Origin: a virus
Direction: 5' to 3' (one strand)
IMG/VR virus record: IMGVR_UViG_3300021057_000107
Span: 1 to 14,756 of that record
Length of the DNA: 14,756 nt
In this document: piece by piece, positions 14,198 to 14,756 of the stretch
How positions within the stretch are numbered: position 1 is the first letter of the stretch
Layout: each line of letters begins with the position of its first letter
Translations under genes and position numbers: made by a program
Notes under the pieces: model-generated
The model's database searches: none
What the model was told of the DNA's origin: nothing
What the model saw: the letters and a program-made list of their open reading frames with translations, nothing else

Positions 14198-14242
14198 TTT
14201 CTTTTCCTTTCTTAACTGTTTTTACAATGCCTCTCCATTGCG

Positions 14243-14422
14243 CTAGGATGCCCTAGGTTGCGTTTTTTCTGATTGTTCCACCATTGCATCTGCATACTGG
14301 AAAGCTAACGTAGCACAATCTTGTGGTTTTCTCGTCGACCAAATTGAAATAATTGTGTACAAAGCAGCAGCAGCAAAAAGATCACGCTTTGTAACTCCCG
14401 TTTGTTGCGTTGTGTTTTCCAT
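14243..14422 (-). CDS. 59-aa small protein with one hydrophobic helix
   Basis: It falls just under the track cutoff. The ATG at 14422 has AAGGAGA 5 nt upstream. My translation is MENTTQQTGVTKRDLFAAAALYTIISIWSTRKPQDCATLAFQYADAMVEQSEKTQPRAS, with TAG at 14243..14245. The RD-LFAAAAL segment recalls a common small phage protein type; that is recalled, not searched. Confidence 0.6.
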   Translation of the reverse strand: MENTTQQTGVTKRDLFAAAALYTIISIWSTRKPQDCATLAFQYADAMVEQSEKTQPRAS

Positions 14423-14510
14423 GTCTCTCCTTATCTCTTATTCAAATAATCGTTCGTTTATTTGTTTGTGTTTTTTATTCTTTGTAAACCCTAAAAAATC
14501 AGGGGGAGTA

Positions 14511-14756
14511 TTATTTGTTACCATCGGCCTTTTTTTCTGTTGGATCATTAATAACAATTAAAACCTTTGGTTCGCCCACAGTGGCGTCAATATCAATTAA
14601 TGACTCTTTTGGCAAGATCGCAACAATGCGCTCAACGGCCCATTTAAAATCTGCCTTGTCTGTACTGTTCAGCATCTCCAAAAACTTTTGCTTTCCTTTT
14701 GCCGTTTTCCAGGCTTCAAGCAGATCATATTTCAACTGTTGGAACTTATTTTTAGA
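14511..14756 (-). CDS. 3' part of the same junction-spanning ORF (14630..14756 duplicates 1..127)
   Basis: The frame is continuous with 1..259 through the repeat. The stop is TAA at 14511..14513. The joined length is 378 nt, which is 125 aa plus stop. Confidence 0.5.
   Translation of the reverse strand, partial: SKNKFQQLKYDLLEAWKTAKGKQKFLEMLNSTDKADFKWAVERIVAILPKESLIDIDATVGEPKVLIVINDPTEKKADGNK
14630..14756. repeat. Terminal direct repeat, copy 2, identical to 1..127
   Basis: Same comparison as copy 1. The repeat starts at the g of caacaatgcg|ctcaacggcc and runs to the last base of the window. Confidence 0.95.

Larger units (their letters stand above)
1..14629. mobile_element. Complete circular phage-like or satellite-like element, one unique genome copy
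   Basis: There is an exact 127-bp overlap of the window ends, and an ORF is restored only by joining them. Content is a lysogeny-type switch, three recombinases, terminase genes and a toxin-antitoxin module. No host housekeeping genes are present. Confidence 0.75.

Noticed and set aside
14430-14510. CCCT...AGGG mini-hairpin and T-rich tract downstream of the TerS-like gene as a terminator or origin
   Set aside because: The stem is only 4-5 bp, and the surrounding T/A runs are typical of the whole genome. Nothing distinguishes it from background.
13791-14561. Plus-strand ORFs 13791..14018, 13934..14140 and 14355..14561
   Set aside because: They are antisense to SD-supported minus-strand genes (176 aa, 83 aa, 59 aa and the TerS-like gene). 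They are hydrophobic shadow frames.
1-14756. CRISPR array, tRNA or rRNA genes, reverse transcriptase (DGR or retron) or a known multi-gene defence system
   Set aside because: I saw no regularly spaced direct repeats, no cloverleaf-capable segments and no RT motifs (YxDD) in any long ORF. Apart from TerL there is no nuclease, helicase or ATPase gene beyond those described.

Overview
The window is a complete, circularly closed element. Bases 1..127 are identical to 14630..14756, giving a unique length of 14,629 bp, and one ORF is only whole when the ends are joined. It looks AT-rich by eye (not computed) and reads as a small temperate phage-like or satellite-like mobile element. All supported genes but one lie on the minus strand, with a single divergence point (5534..5765) and a single convergence point (6066..6109). 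Reading the minus strand from the switch region, the order is as follows. First comes a Cro-like XRE regulator and a 62-aa protein, then three different site-specific recombinases in a row. These are a small serine recombinase without an HTH, a tyrosine recombinase with a C-terminal tandem Xis-like HTH extension, and a large serine recombinase. Next are an orphan CHC2 zinc-finger protein and its coupled 177-aa partner, then a small-terminase-like ORF spanning the circle junction and several small ORFs. After those come two large ORFs of unknown function (471 and 1087 aa, about a third of the genome) and a clear large terminase. Last is a separately promoted Panacea/DUF4065 antitoxin with an unrecognised 134-aa downstream partner. 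The only plus-strand gene is a 99-aa XRE regulator that appears to be leaderless. I cannot recognise a major capsid protein, portal, protease, tail, lysis, polymerase or helicase gene, and I saw no tRNA, rRNA or CRISPR array. The most interesting possibilities are a capsid-less element that carries its own terminase, the mixed three-recombinase operon, and a new Panacea-associated toxin. All homology statements come from motif recognition by eye, not from searches.
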